Shown: positions 16,646 through 25,528 of the stretch, piece by piece
Layout: each line of letters begins with the position of its first letter
Position numbering within the stretch: the first letter of the stretch is position 1
Assembly: GCA_038232215.1 (NCBI GenBank)
Contig: JBBSIG010000001.1
Location: 1 to 33,329, forward strand
Length of the DNA: 33,329 bases
From: Gaiellales bacterium
GTDB lineage: Bacteria; Actinomycetota; Thermoleophilia; Gaiellales; Gaiellaceae
Direction: 5' to 3'
Made by a program: the position numbers and the translations under genes
Notes under the pieces: generated by a model
Database searches by the model: none
What the model saw: the letters and a program-made list of their open reading frames with translations, nothing else
What the model was told of the DNA's origin: nothing

Positions 16646-18403
16646 GTGCCTGGAAGCCGTTCCAAGACTCATCGCTCGCCGACGCGTTTGCTCGCTCTCC
16701 TCGGGATCCTGCTTCTCCTCGCCACCGTGCTCGCGGGCGAAGCCTCGGCTCGGCCGGCCGCGCGCACGGTCCAGGTCGCGATCCCGCTCGCCGGAGTTCG
16801 TTGGGACGGTCGAACGTTCACGACCGCGCTCGCGCTGCGACGCCGCCTCGAGCGACGAGGGAACAGCTTCGACATGTTTCTCCGCAAGCATCCGAGCGCC
16901 GTCGCCTCGTTCCGGCTGAGGGAGGTGCGGGTCGGCGGCAAGGTCTTCTACACGAACGGGGCGGCTCGAGCCCGCCTGCGATCCGCGGGAATCAGCGACC
17001 GGCGCTGGCGTGTGTCCCACGCTCGCAAGGTCGCGACCCTCGCGTACAACGAGTGGGCGATCCGCCACCGGCGCGCAGCCCCGAACGCGTCGGCCTCTAG
17101 CGTCGAGCGGCCCGAGCTCGGGCCGACGATGGCCGTCGACGGCTCCACGGCAACCCGTTGGGCCTCAGCGCACCTGGACGGGCAGTGGTGGCAGATCGAC
17201 CTCGGCAGCGTGCGCTCGATCAGCGGTGTGAGATTGAACTGGGCGAGGGCGTACGCGTCGCGGTACAGAGTCTCGACGTCGGTCGGGGGCAAGCGCTTCG
17301 CCGTGGCTACGGAGCAGACGATCGACGGCCCCGGGTGGCGGTCGACTGGCTTCGCGCCCCGTGCTGCCCGGTACGTGAGGATCCTCGGCGTCTCCCGTGC
17401 CACGCGGCTCGGGATCTCTCTGCGGAACGCGCGGGTCTACCGGCTCGGACCACGCGCGGCGGGTCGCCCCCCGGCCTCGCCCGAGCTCGCGAAACCAGGC
17501 GAGGTGACCGAGGGCGACTCGAGCGAGCAGCCTGTCGATCAGGGCGCTGCGCCTGCGGCGCTTCCACGCTTCGGGATCTCGCCCGGTTACAAGATCCTCA
17601 ACCGCTCGCCGGCCGACCGTGCCTTCGAGCTCGATCAGATGAAGGGCGCCGGCGCGCAGATCGTGCGCCTCGACTACGTCGAGCCGGAGAAGGCCGACGT
17701 CGTCATCGAGGAGGCGCTCGCGCGCGGCCTGGAGCCGCTTCTCTGTGTGGGAGGAACCACGCGGGCGCCCGGGCCTTCGCTCTCCGACTACACAGCCCTG
17801 GCCACCACGGCGGCGGCGAGGTGGGGCGGGAAGGTTCGTTTCTTCGAGCTGATGAACGAGCCCAATCTGAACGGCTGGACCTCCGCGACGTACACCCCCT
17901 ACCTGAAGGAGGCCTACGCCGCGATCAAGCGATCCAGCCCGGGCGCGACGGTCCTCACCGGCGGGTTCTTCACCGCTCCGCCCGGGACCGACGCCTACGC
18001 GCCTAGCTGGATGCAGGGCATCTACGCGCACGGCGGCAAGGGGAGCTTCGACATGGTCGCCGTGCACCTGTACGAGGACCCCAAGGCACGCGGCGCGTGG
18101 AACATCTGGGATCAGACCTTCAGCCTGACGCCCTCCGTCCGCTCGGTGATGGACGCAAACGGAGACGGCGACAAGCTGATCGTCTCCACCGAGTCGGGCG
18201 CCAACGTGGACAAGGTGGGCGAGGAGAAGCAGGCGATCACGGTGCGGGACGCCTACACGGAGTTCGCGTCCCGACCGAACACCGGGTTCATCATCCAGTA
18301 CTCGATGATGAACGACGATGTGAACGGCTACGGGATGTTGCGAGACGACAGATCGCGGCGCCCTGTCTGGGACGTGTTCCACCAGCTCGCGACCGGGACC
18401 TAG
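16646..18403 (+). CDS. Secreted glycoside hydrolase: F5/8 type C (discoidin, CBM32-like) domain plus clan GH-A TIM-barrel (GH5/GH39/PslG-like)
   Basis: GTG at 16646 with GGGAG 8 nt upstream gives a Sec signal (RSPTRLLALLGILLLLATVLAGEASA/RP). Discoidin-like block: MAVDGSTATRWAS...QWWQIDLG...ISGVRLNW...YRVSTS...RYVRI. Catalytic-type motifs: FFELMNEPN (acid/base) and IVSTESG (nucleophile). The tracked 16448 start adds a non-protein-like leader. Confidence 0.85.
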   Translation: MPGSRSKTHRSPTRLLALLGILLLLATVLAGEASARPAARTVQVAIPLAGVRWDGRTFTTALALRRRLERRGNSFDMFLRKHPSAVASFRLREVRVGGKVFYTNGAARARLRSAGISDRRWRVSHARKVATLAYNEWAIRHRRAAPNASASSVERPELGPTMAVDGSTATRWASAHLDGQWWQIDLGSVRSISGVRLNWARAYASRYRVSTSVGGKRFAVATEQTIDGPGWRSTGFAPRAARYVRILGVSRATRLGISLRNARVYRLGPRAAGRPPASPELAKPGEVTEGDSSEQPVDQGAAPAALPRFGISPGYKILNRSPADRAFELDQMKGAGAQIVRLDYVEPEKADVVIEEALARGLEPLLCVGGTTRAPGPSLSDYTALATTAAARWGGKVRFFELMNEPNLNGWTSATYTPYLKEAYAAIKRSSPGATVLTGGFFTAPPGTDAYAPSWMQGIYAHGGKGSFDMVAVHLYEDPKARGAWNIWDQTFSLTPSVRSVMDANGDGDKLIVSTESGANVDKVGEEKQAITVRDAYTEFASRPNTGFIIQYSMMNDDVNGYGMLRDDRSRRPVWDVFHQLATGT

Positions 18404-18418
18404 CTCCTCTGCCCGAGA

Positions 18419-18447
18419 CCGGCCGGGCGGGGGCCAGCCGCGGCCGG
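18419..18447. terminator. GC-rich stem-loop between convergent genes (possible bidirectional, U-tract-less terminator)
   Basis: ccggccg (18419-18425) pairs with cggccgg (18441-18447). Inner ggc (18426-18428) pairs with gcc (18437-18439). It lies in the 76-bp gap between the hydrolase stop (18403) and the GT2 stop (18480). No flanking T/A tract, so the function is uncertain. Confidence 0.3.
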
Positions 18448-18479
18448 CGTGTCCCGGCAAGTCGGAAGCGGACCTGCGT

Positions 18480-19454
18480 CTACGACACTCCCGGCCGGCG
18501 CCTGGTTGCGAGAAGCCCTCGCAGCATGCCGGCGGACTCCGCCGATCGCTCGCGCTGACCCGCCACGCGCCACACCGCCGAGCGCACGGCCACGCCGGCC
18601 GCGATCAGGGCGATGGTGGCAGTCGCGGACAGGGGCGCGAGCTGAGCACGGATCATGGCCGCCTCCGCGCGACCGATCCGGGCGGCTCGCGCGGGATCGC
18701 TCCACGTCTGGCTCGCCGAAGCCTTCCCGATGTGCACGAACTCGGCCTCGCCCGCGAACCATGTCTTCCAGCCGAGCTGGCTCGCCCGCCAGCAGAGGTC
18801 GAGATCCTCGCCGTACATGTACTCGTCCTCGCCGAAGCCGCCGAGCTCGTCCCACGCTTCCCGCCGGACTATCGTCACCGCTCCGCTAGCCGCCTCCACC
18901 TCGCCCGAGGAGGCGTGGTCCCAGTGAGTGCTCCACCTCGGCTGCAGCCGGTTCGGGAGGAAGCGGCTCAGCCCGCTGGCCCGCACGAGGGCGACCGCCG
19001 GCGAGTACAGGGGCACGACGTTGGGTTGCAGAGTGAGATCCTCGTTCAGGAGGCGGGGGACGGCGATTCCGACGGATGGGCGGCGGGCCGCGTCGGCCAG
19101 GGCGCGAATGCTTCCCGGCCGATGGAGGAACGCGTCGCTGTTCACGAACAGGATCGCGTCCGACGGAAGCGCTCTCGCGCCTTCGTTGTTTCCACGCGTC
19201 GAGCCCAGGTTCTCGGCCAGCTGGACGAGCTTGCAGTCGGGGAGCTCGCGCTCGAAGCGGTCGGCACTGCCGTCGGTCGATCCGTTGTCGACGACGACGA
19301 GCCGCTCCGGCGGGAGTCCGTCCGCGAGCAGGGCCCTCGCGCTTCGGAGCGTGTAGTCGGGTGTGTTCCAGCTCAGGATCACCGCGCTGATCGAGCCGAG
19401 CCGGTGCTCGTCCGGCCCACGTTCGCCGCTCGTCGCCTCGCTTGCCGCCGTCAC
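18480..19454 (-). CDS. Glycosyltransferase family 2
   Basis: ISAVILSWNTPDYTLRSARAL, VVVDNGSTDGS, ENLGSTRGNNEG, ILFVNSDAF, SGAVTIVRREAW..GGFGEDEYMYGEDLDLCWR. GTG at 19454, 1 nt after the hldA stop. Confidence 0.9.
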   Translation of the reverse strand: MTAASEATSGERGPDEHRLGSISAVILSWNTPDYTLRSARALLADGLPPERLVVVDNGSTDGSADRFERELPDCKLVQLAENLGSTRGNNEGARALPSDAILFVNSDAFLHRPGSIRALADAARRPSVGIAVPRLLNEDLTLQPNVVPLYSPAVALVRASGLSRFLPNRLQPRWSTHWDHASSGEVEAASGAVTIVRREAWDELGGFGEDEYMYGEDLDLCWRASQLGWKTWFAGEAEFVHIGKASASQTWSDPARAARIGRAEAAMIRAQLAPLSATATIALIAAGVAVRSAVWRVAGQRERSAESAGMLRGLLATRRRPGVS

Positions 19455-19455
19455 G

Positions 19456-20418
19456 TCAGCTCCGCAGCTCGTCGAGCGTGACGCTCGACGTCCCGACCTT
19501 GCCCACGGCGATCCCGGCCGCCGTGTTCGCCACCTGGAGGGCGGGCTCGAGCGCGGTGCGGCGCCCGAGCGCCATGGCGAGCGTGCTCACGACCGTGTCG
19601 CCGGCGCCGGTCACGTCGAAGACGTTCTGCGCCACCGCCGGGACGTCGATCGGCTCACGACCGTCCTGGAAGAGGAGCATGCCCTGCGCACCTCGCGTCA
19701 CGAGCAGCGCGCAGCCGTCGAGGACGGCGGAGAGGCGCCGGCCGATCTCGAGCAGGTCCTCGTCCGACTGGATCTGCACGTGGGCCGCGCGCTCGGCCTC
19801 GTGGATGTTCGGCGTGATCACGGTGGCGCCGCGGTACTTCGTGAAGTCGACCCCCTTCGGGTCGACGACGACCGGCTTCGAGTGGGCCCGGGCGAGCTCG
19901 ATCACGCGCTGCGCGACACGCGGGGAGACGACGCCCTTCGCATAGTCGGAGAGGATGATCGCGTCCGCTCGGACGAGCTCGCCCTCCGCCCAGCGGATCA
20001 GTCTGTTCTCGAGCTCCTCGCCGAGCGACGCCCGCCCTTCGAGATCGGCGCGGACGACCTGCTGGCTGTTCGCGACGATCCGGGTCTTGGTCGTGGTCGT
20101 CCTCGTCTCGTCTCCGATCAGCCCCCCGTGGTCCACGCCTCGCTCCGTGAGCGCCTCCCTCAGCCGGTCCGCCTGCTGATCCCGCCCGACCACCCCGCCG
20201 AGGGACGCCAGCCCGCCGAGCGCGACGATCCCCGCCGCGGTGTTCGCTGCTCCGCCCGGGACGTAGGTCCGGCGCTCGACCTCCACGACCGGAACCGGTG
20301 CCTCGGGGGAGATGCGGCTGACGTGGCCCCAGATGTACTCGTCGAGCATCACGTCGCCGATCGTCATGACCCGCGTCCCGGGGAAGCCGGCGAGGAGATC
20401 GTCGGAAGGGTGTCTCAC
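19456..20418 (-). CDS. hldA: D-glycero-beta-D-manno-heptose-7-phosphate kinase (PfkB family; RfaE/HldE domain I type)
   Basis: RVMTIGDVMLDEYIWGHVSRISPEAPVPVV, VPGGAANTA, TTKTRIV, PfkB C-terminal motif FDVTGAGDTVVS, and IAVGKVGT. GTG at 20418 overlaps the gmhB TGA (GTGA). The tracked 410-aa version is an upstream extension through gmhB. Confidence 0.92.
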   Translation of the reverse strand: MRHPSDDLLAGFPGTRVMTIGDVMLDEYIWGHVSRISPEAPVPVVEVERRTYVPGGAANTAAGIVALGGLASLGGVVGRDQQADRLREALTERGVDHGGLIGDETRTTTTKTRIVANSQQVVRADLEGRASLGEELENRLIRWAEGELVRADAIILSDYAKGVVSPRVAQRVIELARAHSKPVVVDPKGVDFTKYRGATVITPNIHEAERAAHVQIQSDEDLLEIGRRLSAVLDGCALLVTRGAQGMLLFQDGREPIDVPAVAQNVFDVTGAGDTVVSTLAMALGRRTALEPALQVANTAAGIAVGKVGTSSVTLDELRS

Positions 20419-20963
20419 GCCGGCCCGCCGTCGCCGACGATCTTCGAGGCGACCTCCGCCCAGCTCCGGGCGACACGGTCGGGGGTGGAAGAGAGGTCGG
20501 CCGGCGCCGGGGTCGGCCGGAGCAAGACGGTGCTGACCCCGGCTCTTCTGCCGGCCTCGACGTCGCTCGGCTTGTCGCCGACCATGAACGAGGCCGCGAG
20601 ATCGAGGTCGAGCTCCCCGGCGGCTCGCATGATCAGCTCGGGCGAGGGCTTTCGGCAGCTGCAACCCTCGTCGGGCGCATGCGGGCAATAGTAGGAGCCG
20701 TCCAGGTGGATGCCGTGTGCCTCGAGCTCGGCGAGGAAGCGCCGGTGCACCGCGCTGGCCTCCCCGGTCGTGACGATTCCCCGGCCGACTCCGGACTGAT
20801 TGCTGATCACGACGAGTCTGAAGCCGGCGAGAGACAGGCGGGCGAGAGCCTCCACCGTGCCCGGGAGGAGCTCGACCTCGTCCGGATCCCTCGGGTAGCC
20901 CGCATCGCGGATCAGCGTGCCGTCCCGGTCGAGGAAGACGGCCGGGTGCTCAGTGCCCGGCAT
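20415..20963 (-). CDS. gmhB: D-glycero-D-manno-heptose-1,7-bisphosphate 7-phosphatase (HAD-IIIA)
   Basis: AVFLDRDGTLI (DxD nucleophile motif), VISNQSG, Zn-finger insert YYCPHAPDEGCSCRKP, and MVGDKPSDVEAG. ATG at 20963 gives an E. coli-like N-terminus. GTG at 20975 is the longer alternative. Confidence 0.92.
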   Translation of the reverse strand: MPGTEHPAVFLDRDGTLIRDAGYPRDPDEVELLPGTVEALARLSLAGFRLVVISNQSGVGRGIVTTGEASAVHRRFLAELEAHGIHLDGSYYCPHAPDEGCSCRKPSPELIMRAAGELDLDLAASFMVGDKPSDVEAGRRAGVSTVLLRPTPAPADLSSTPDRVARSWAEVASKIVGDGGPA

Positions 20964-22065
20964 GTGCAGGATCACCGTGGCGGATTCGCGTAATCAGGTC
21001 CGTGCTCGAGCGAGACGGCATCAGCGGCAGGAACTCCACGCGTCCGCCATACGACTCGACAATCGGGAGCTCGGGGATCGGCTTCCCGCCTGGCGGCGCG
21101 TAGTCGGCGCCCTTGCAGTGCACCTCCGGCTGCAGCTCCGCCAGCGCGCTCACCGGGCTGACGTCGTCGAACACGGTCACCGCGTCCACCGCCCGCAGGG
21201 CGGCGAGCACCGCGGCCCGCTCGTCTGCCGCGACGAAGGGACGTTCCGGCCCCTTGAGCTCGCGGACCGAGTCGTCGCTGTTGACGCCGACGACGAGGAC
21301 GTCGCCGAGTTGCCTGGCCGCCTCCAGACTCTGAACGTGACCGGCGTGCATGAGATCGAAGCACCCGTTCGTCCACACGACTGTGTGTCCCTGCCTCCGC
21401 CACCGAGCGCGCAGCGCGAGGAGATCGTCCCAGGCCAGCACCCTCCCGGGGCTCGCCTCGTCGTCGGCGGCCGGCTGCCGCGCGAGCAGGACCTCGACGC
21501 TCTCGCAGAGCGCGTGCTCGATCGCCAGGTGCCCCTCCTGGATGCGCGGGGCGGCCGCTGCGGCGACGCCGACCACGACGTCCGCTCTAGCGGCGAGCTC
21601 TCCTCCGCTCGGGCCTGTCAAGGCGATCGTCCGCAGACCGCGCTCGCGCGCCGCCTCGATGCCCGCGACGACGTTCGGCGACGATCCGCTGGTGCTGATC
21701 CCAAGCGCAACGTCGCCGCGCCGTCCGAGCGCCTCGAGCTGACGGGCGAAGATCCGGTCGAAGCCGTAGTCGTTGCCGATCGCCGTCAGGGCGGACGTGT
21801 CCGTCGTGAGGGCGATCGCGGGCAGTCCGTCCCGCTCGAGCAGGAAGCGCCCGACGAGCTCCGTAGCCATGTGTTGAGCGTCGGCCGCGCTGCCCCCGTT
21901 GCCGAAGACCAGCAGCTTCCCGCCGCCCCGGAAGCACCTCTCGAGCACGGCGCTCGCCTCCGCGACCTCGTCGATCGGCGCACCTACGGCTTCGAGTCGC
22001 TCTCTCGTGCCCTCGCTCACCGAGCTCAGGAATCGCCGTGTGCGCTCGGGCGGTCGGTCACTCAT
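20950..22065 (-). CDS. gmhA-hldC: Bifunctional fusion: sedoheptulose-7-phosphate isomerase (GmhA, SIS domain) plus D-beta-D-heptose-1-phosphate adenylyltransferase (HldC / HldE domain II)
   Basis: The N-terminal ~195 aa match GmhA: GGKLLVFGNGGSAADAQHMATELVGRF, LPAIALTTDTSALTAIGNDYGFDRIFARQLEALGRRGDVALGISTSGSSPNV, TIALTG, RIQEGHLAIEH. The C-terminal ~165 aa match the cytidylyltransferase-fold HldC: VVWTNGCFDLMHAGHV, VLVVGVNSDDSVRELKGPERP, VHCKGADY. It is a single uninterrupted frame with a short Ala/Asp/Pro linker around 21435-21480. Confidence 0.92.
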   Translation of the reverse strand: MSDRPPERTRRFLSSVSEGTRERLEAVGAPIDEVAEASAVLERCFRGGGKLLVFGNGGSAADAQHMATELVGRFLLERDGLPAIALTTDTSALTAIGNDYGFDRIFARQLEALGRRGDVALGISTSGSSPNVVAGIEAARERGLRTIALTGPSGGELAARADVVVGVAAAAAPRIQEGHLAIEHALCESVEVLLARQPAADDEASPGRVLAWDDLLALRARWRRQGHTVVWTNGCFDLMHAGHVQSLEAARQLGDVLVVGVNSDDSVRELKGPERPFVAADERAAVLAALRAVDAVTVFDDVSPVSALAELQPEVHCKGADYAPPGGKPIPELPIVESYGGRVEFLPLMPSRSSTDLITRIRHGDPAHAGH

Positions 22066-23158
22066 CGTCGAGGAGGGTCGTCATGGTCTCGTGAACGCGT
22101 GCGACGGAGATGCCTCGCATGCAGTCGTCGCGCTGCCCGTCGTACTCGAAGCCGAGGTTGAGGAAGCCGCAGCCTTCGTACGCCGAGCTGACCGAGCGGG
22201 CTCGCTCTCCGAGCGGCCCCCAGCGGAGCTCGGCAGTGGGGCCGTTGAGCCCTACCGTCCGGGCCCCGGAAGCCGCGGCCAGGTGCATCAAGCCGGTGTT
22301 GACGCTCACGACGGCCGAGCTGCCGCGGAGAGCGGGGAGCAGCTCGTCGAAGCCGGTACCGCTGAGATCGACCATGTGACGACCGAGACCTCCCGAGAGA
22401 CGAATGAAAGCCATACACCGATCGGCATCCGATCGCGAACCCGTGAGCGCCACCGAGCAACCGCTCTCGACGACGCGCGCGGCGAGATCCTGCCAGCGAT
22501 CGGAGGGCCACTCCTTCAGGTGGCTTCGGTAGCCGCCAGCCCACATGTGGAAGACGACGTACGGCTCGGGCGGGGGCGGCGCGCTCGGCGCTCCACGAGG
22601 CTCGATGCGCGGTAGCCCGAGGGACTCGACGCCGATCGCCCCGACGAGCGCACGGTAGTTCTCGAGCTCGTGCCTGCCCCCGGAATGCGAGACGACGGCG
22701 TCGTAGAGACGATGCCGATGCTGGCCGGGAGTCCGGAAGCCGACGGTGTAGGAGGCGTGGGAAAGTGCCGAGAGAAGCGCCTCGATGCGGGGCCACGGGC
22801 CGAAGTCGAGCAGCACGTCGACCGGGTGGCGCCGCAGCGTCCGCGCCGCCTCGAGCGGTCGGGACATGGGCAGCGTGACGACCTCGACTTCGTCGATCAG
22901 CCTTGCCACGGCCGCGTTGTCTCTTCCCGCGAAGAAGGTGATCTGGGCGTCCGGCAGGGCCGCCGAGAGATCGCGCACGATCGCCGAGAGCAGGACGGTG
23001 TCGCCGATCGCGCTGGACTTGAAGATGCCGATCCGACGTATCGCCTCCGGTAGAGGCCGCCTCCGCCGGGCGAGGTCGGCGGAGGCGAGGAGCGGGATGC
23101 CGACGTAGCGGTCGAGCAGCCGCAGGGTCGGGTTGCCTCGCTCGGGCGCTCCGCTCAT
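22058..23158 (-). CDS. Glycosyltransferase family 9 (heptosyltransferase)
   Basis: RIGIFKSSAIGDTVLLSAIVRDLSAALPDAQITFF, YVVFHMWAGGYRSHLKEWPSDRW, VALTGSRSD, VNTGLMHLAAASGARTVGL. ATG at 23158 overlaps the upstream TGA (ATGA). Its 3' end overlaps the gmhA-hldC start by 8 nt, so it is directly coupled to the ADP-heptose genes. Confidence 0.88.
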   Translation of the reverse strand: MSGAPERGNPTLRLLDRYVGIPLLASADLARRRRPLPEAIRRIGIFKSSAIGDTVLLSAIVRDLSAALPDAQITFFAGRDNAAVARLIDEVEVVTLPMSRPLEAARTLRRHPVDVLLDFGPWPRIEALLSALSHASYTVGFRTPGQHRHRLYDAVVSHSGGRHELENYRALVGAIGVESLGLPRIEPRGAPSAPPPPEPYVVFHMWAGGYRSHLKEWPSDRWQDLAARVVESGCSVALTGSRSDADRCMAFIRLSGGLGRHMVDLSGTGFDELLPALRGSSAVVSVNTGLMHLAAASGARTVGLNGPTAELRWGPLGERARSVSSAYEGCGFLNLGFEYDGQRDDCMRGISVARVHETMTTLLDDE

Positions 23159-24663
23159 CTCGTCGCCAGTGAGGCGCGGGCTGACGACCAGAGGCTGCCT
23201 CCGATTCTCCGGACGCTGCCCGGCAGGGCGAGAACAAGGCCCGCGTAGACAACGAGGCCGAGCAAGGTCGCGAGCGGCCAGGGGCCTGGTACGACGAGGA
23301 TCACGGCCGCCATCACCCCGGCGACAACGAGCAGGAGGGCGGTGTAGCCCAGGTGCGGTCGGAATCCGTTCGTCCTGCGCACGGCATAGCCCAGCGCGAG
23401 CAGCACGCAGAGCTCGGAGGCGACGCTCGTGACTGCCGCGGCCTTGTAGCCGTAGCTTGGGATGAAGACGAGGTTCAGCACGACGTTCAGGACGAGGACG
23501 GCGGTCACGATCTCGAGCAGGAGCTTCTCCCGGCCGGAAGCGATCAGGACGTAGAGGAAGAGCGAGCTCGGGAAGGTCAGGAGCAGATAGGGGGCGAGCA
23601 GCTGAAGCGCGCCTGCTCCCGCCTCGAACTTGCTTCCCGCCGCCAGCACGACGAGCTGGGGCGCGACCGTGATCCCGACCACGACGGCCGGAAGCGCCGC
23701 GGCGAGCGTGACGTCGAAGCTCGATTGCAGGAAGGAGCGCGTGCGCGGGTCGCGTGTCTGCAGGAACCTCGTGATCGTCGGGAAGAAGGTCGCCACGAAG
23801 GCAGTGTTCACGAGAGTCGACAGCTCGACGAACTTGTACGCGACTCCGTAGAGGCCGACTTCTCGAGACGGTCGCAGCAGCGCGAGCAAGAAGAGATCGA
23901 TGCGAAAGTAGATCAGCCCGATCACGACCGCCGCACTGAGGACGATCGACGCTCGTAGCAGCCTCAGCCAGTACGCGCGATCGATGCGCGGTCGAACGCG
24001 TACGACGCGCCGCACCGCGAGGTAGGTCCCGGCGAGCGTGACTCCGAGCCCCAGGACGCTCGCCCAGACGACTCCCGCGAGCCCGAAGCCGAGGGCGATG
24101 AACGCCAGTGTCAGCCCCAGAGTGACGGCGCGCCCGACGACGGTCGCGGCGACCGACCAGTGGATCCTCAGTCGAGCTTGCAGGACGGGCAGCAAGCTCA
24201 GGTTGACAGCCGTGAAGAACGCACCCAGCGAGCCGATCGCGACGGCCAGCCTGACACCGCCGGCCAGGGGCAGCACGAACGTGGCGGCGAGCCCGACGGC
24301 TAGAAAGCAGAGCGACACGACCACGCGGAGGGCCACCGACGCGCCCACGGCTCGCTCGGCCGACTCGGGCTCCCGCGCGATGTCGCGCACGATCGCCGTC
24401 GAGAGGCCGGCGTCGACAATCTGGACCACGAAGAAGAGCATGACGTTCGCCGTCGCGAGCTCTCCGTACACGGACGGGCCGAGGGCGCGCGTGGCGGCCA
24501 CGAAGACGAGCCAGCCGAAGACGACCGTGGCGACGCTCCCGGCGAGCTGGGACCCCGAGTTCGTCGCCAGCGCCGTGACCAGGCTGCGGCGCGGTGCTCC
24601 CGGGCCGCGCCCGGGTTGCCGGCCCGCGTTCTCGTCGAGATCGGATGCGTTCGCTGAAGACAT
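23155..24663 (-). CDS. Wzx-type polysaccharide flippase (MOP superfamily), copy A
   Basis: ATG at 24663. About 14 hydrophobic spans. The N-terminal pattern SQLAGSVATVVFGWLVFVAATRALGPSVYGELATANVMLFFVVQIVDAGLSTAIVRDIA is typical of polysaccharide-biosynthesis/Wzx proteins. Confidence 0.88.
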   Translation of the reverse strand: MSSANASDLDENAGRQPGRGPGAPRRSLVTALATNSGSQLAGSVATVVFGWLVFVAATRALGPSVYGELATANVMLFFVVQIVDAGLSTAIVRDIAREPESAERAVGASVALRVVVSLCFLAVGLAATFVLPLAGGVRLAVAIGSLGAFFTAVNLSLLPVLQARLRIHWSVAATVVGRAVTLGLTLAFIALGFGLAGVVWASVLGLGVTLAGTYLAVRRVVRVRPRIDRAYWLRLLRASIVLSAAVVIGLIYFRIDLFLLALLRPSREVGLYGVAYKFVELSTLVNTAFVATFFPTITRFLQTRDPRTRSFLQSSFDVTLAAALPAVVVGITVAPQLVVLAAGSKFEAGAGALQLLAPYLLLTFPSSLFLYVLIASGREKLLLEIVTAVLVLNVVLNLVFIPSYGYKAAAVTSVASELCVLLALGYAVRRTNGFRPHLGYTALLLVVAGVMAAVILVVPGPWPLATLLGLVVYAGLVLALPGSVRRIGGSLWSSARASLATR

Positions 24664-24801
24664 GGCGGGCAGGCGTTCGCGGGATCGTCGGGTGCGCCGG
24701 TGCAGGGTGGATCGGGCGAATGCCTCGATGCCGCACGACCCCCTCGAGTCAGCTCGATTGTAGCCTCTGTCCGGATCCGACTACGCTCGCGAAGAGCCCC
24801 T

Positions 24802-25515
24802 TTGAGATCGCTGCTGAGAGAGAGACTGTCCCGGGAGCGCCGGCAGAGCCTTCGTCGCGGGATGCATCGGCTCAGGCGACCGGCGTGGTTGGGAACGCTT
24901 CGTCGAACGACACCTCTCAGCGACGTCTGGGGCCTCGAACGAGGGACTCCCGTCGACCGCTACTACATCGAGCACTTCCTCGAGTCGAATCGAAGGGACA
25001 TCCGCGGCCGTGTACTCGAGGTGCGGGACAGCGGCTATACGGACCGGTACGGCCTGGACGTCGCCGAGCGTTGGGTGGTCGACATAGACGCTCGCAACCC
25101 GAAGGCAACGGTGATCGCCGACCTAACGGCGCCGCACGAGATCGAGTCGGATTGCATCGACTGCTTCGTCCTCACCCAGACGCTTCAGTTCATCTACGAG
25201 ACACGCGCGGCTCTGCACCATGCTCACCGCATCCTTCGGCCCGGCGGCGTCCTGCTCGCCACGGTCCCGGCGGTGAGCCGTATCGCACCTCGGCTTCTCG
25301 AGAACGACTACTGGCGCTTTACGGAAGCCTCGTGCTCTTCCCTCTTCCGTCAGGTGTTCTCGGCCGAGGCCGTGCACGTGCGCTCGTACGGAAACGTGCT
25401 GACCTCGATCTCATTTCTGATGGGGATGGCTCACGAGGAGCTCAAGGTGAGTGAGCTGGAAACCCACGATCCATCCTTCCCCGTCATCATCGGGATCCGG
25501 GCTCAGAAGCGCTAG
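24802..25515 (+). CDS. Class I SAM-dependent methyltransferase of the glycan-cluster type
   Basis: LRRTTPLSDVWGLERGTPVDRYYIEHFL, GRVLEVRDSGYT, VIADL, FDCF-like IDCFVLTQTLQFIYE, HRILRPGGVLLATVP, YWRFT and GNVL match a family I recall from O-antigen/glycolipid clusters. Start is uncertain: TTG 24802 (GAAGAG upstream) is chosen. GTG 24700 (the tracked start, only 36 bp from divergent wzx) and ATG 24862 are alternatives. Confidence 0.8.
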   Translation: MRSLLRERLSRERRQSLRRGMHRLRRPAWLGTLRRTTPLSDVWGLERGTPVDRYYIEHFLESNRRDIRGRVLEVRDSGYTDRYGLDVAERWVVDIDARNPKATVIADLTAPHEIESDCIDCFVLTQTLQFIYETRAALHHAHRILRPGGVLLATVPAVSRIAPRLLENDYWRFTEASCSSLFRQVFSAEAVHVRSYGNVLTSISFLMGMAHEELKVSELETHDPSFPVIIGIRAQKR

Positions 25516-25528
25516 AGAGCGCACGCAG

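Noticed and set aside
14277-16919. Long plus-strand ORFs (14277-15674 and 15753-16919) antisense to the wzy and BY-kinase genes
   Set aside because: These are shadow ORFs. The minus-strand frames carry Walker A/A'/B motifs and TM-helix periodicity, while the plus-strand translations are Arg/Glu/Asp/Gly-rich with no domain signature.
17165-18460. A 431-aa minus-strand ORF antisense to the hydrolase gene
   Set aside because: It is a shadow ORF. The plus frame has a signal peptide, a discoidin block and NEP/TESG catalytic motifs.
19363-22161. Plus-strand ORFs 19363-20691 (442 aa) and 20917-22161 (414 aa) antisense to the heptose genes
   Set aside because: These are shadow ORFs. The minus-strand translations match HldA, GmhB, GmhA and HldC block by block.
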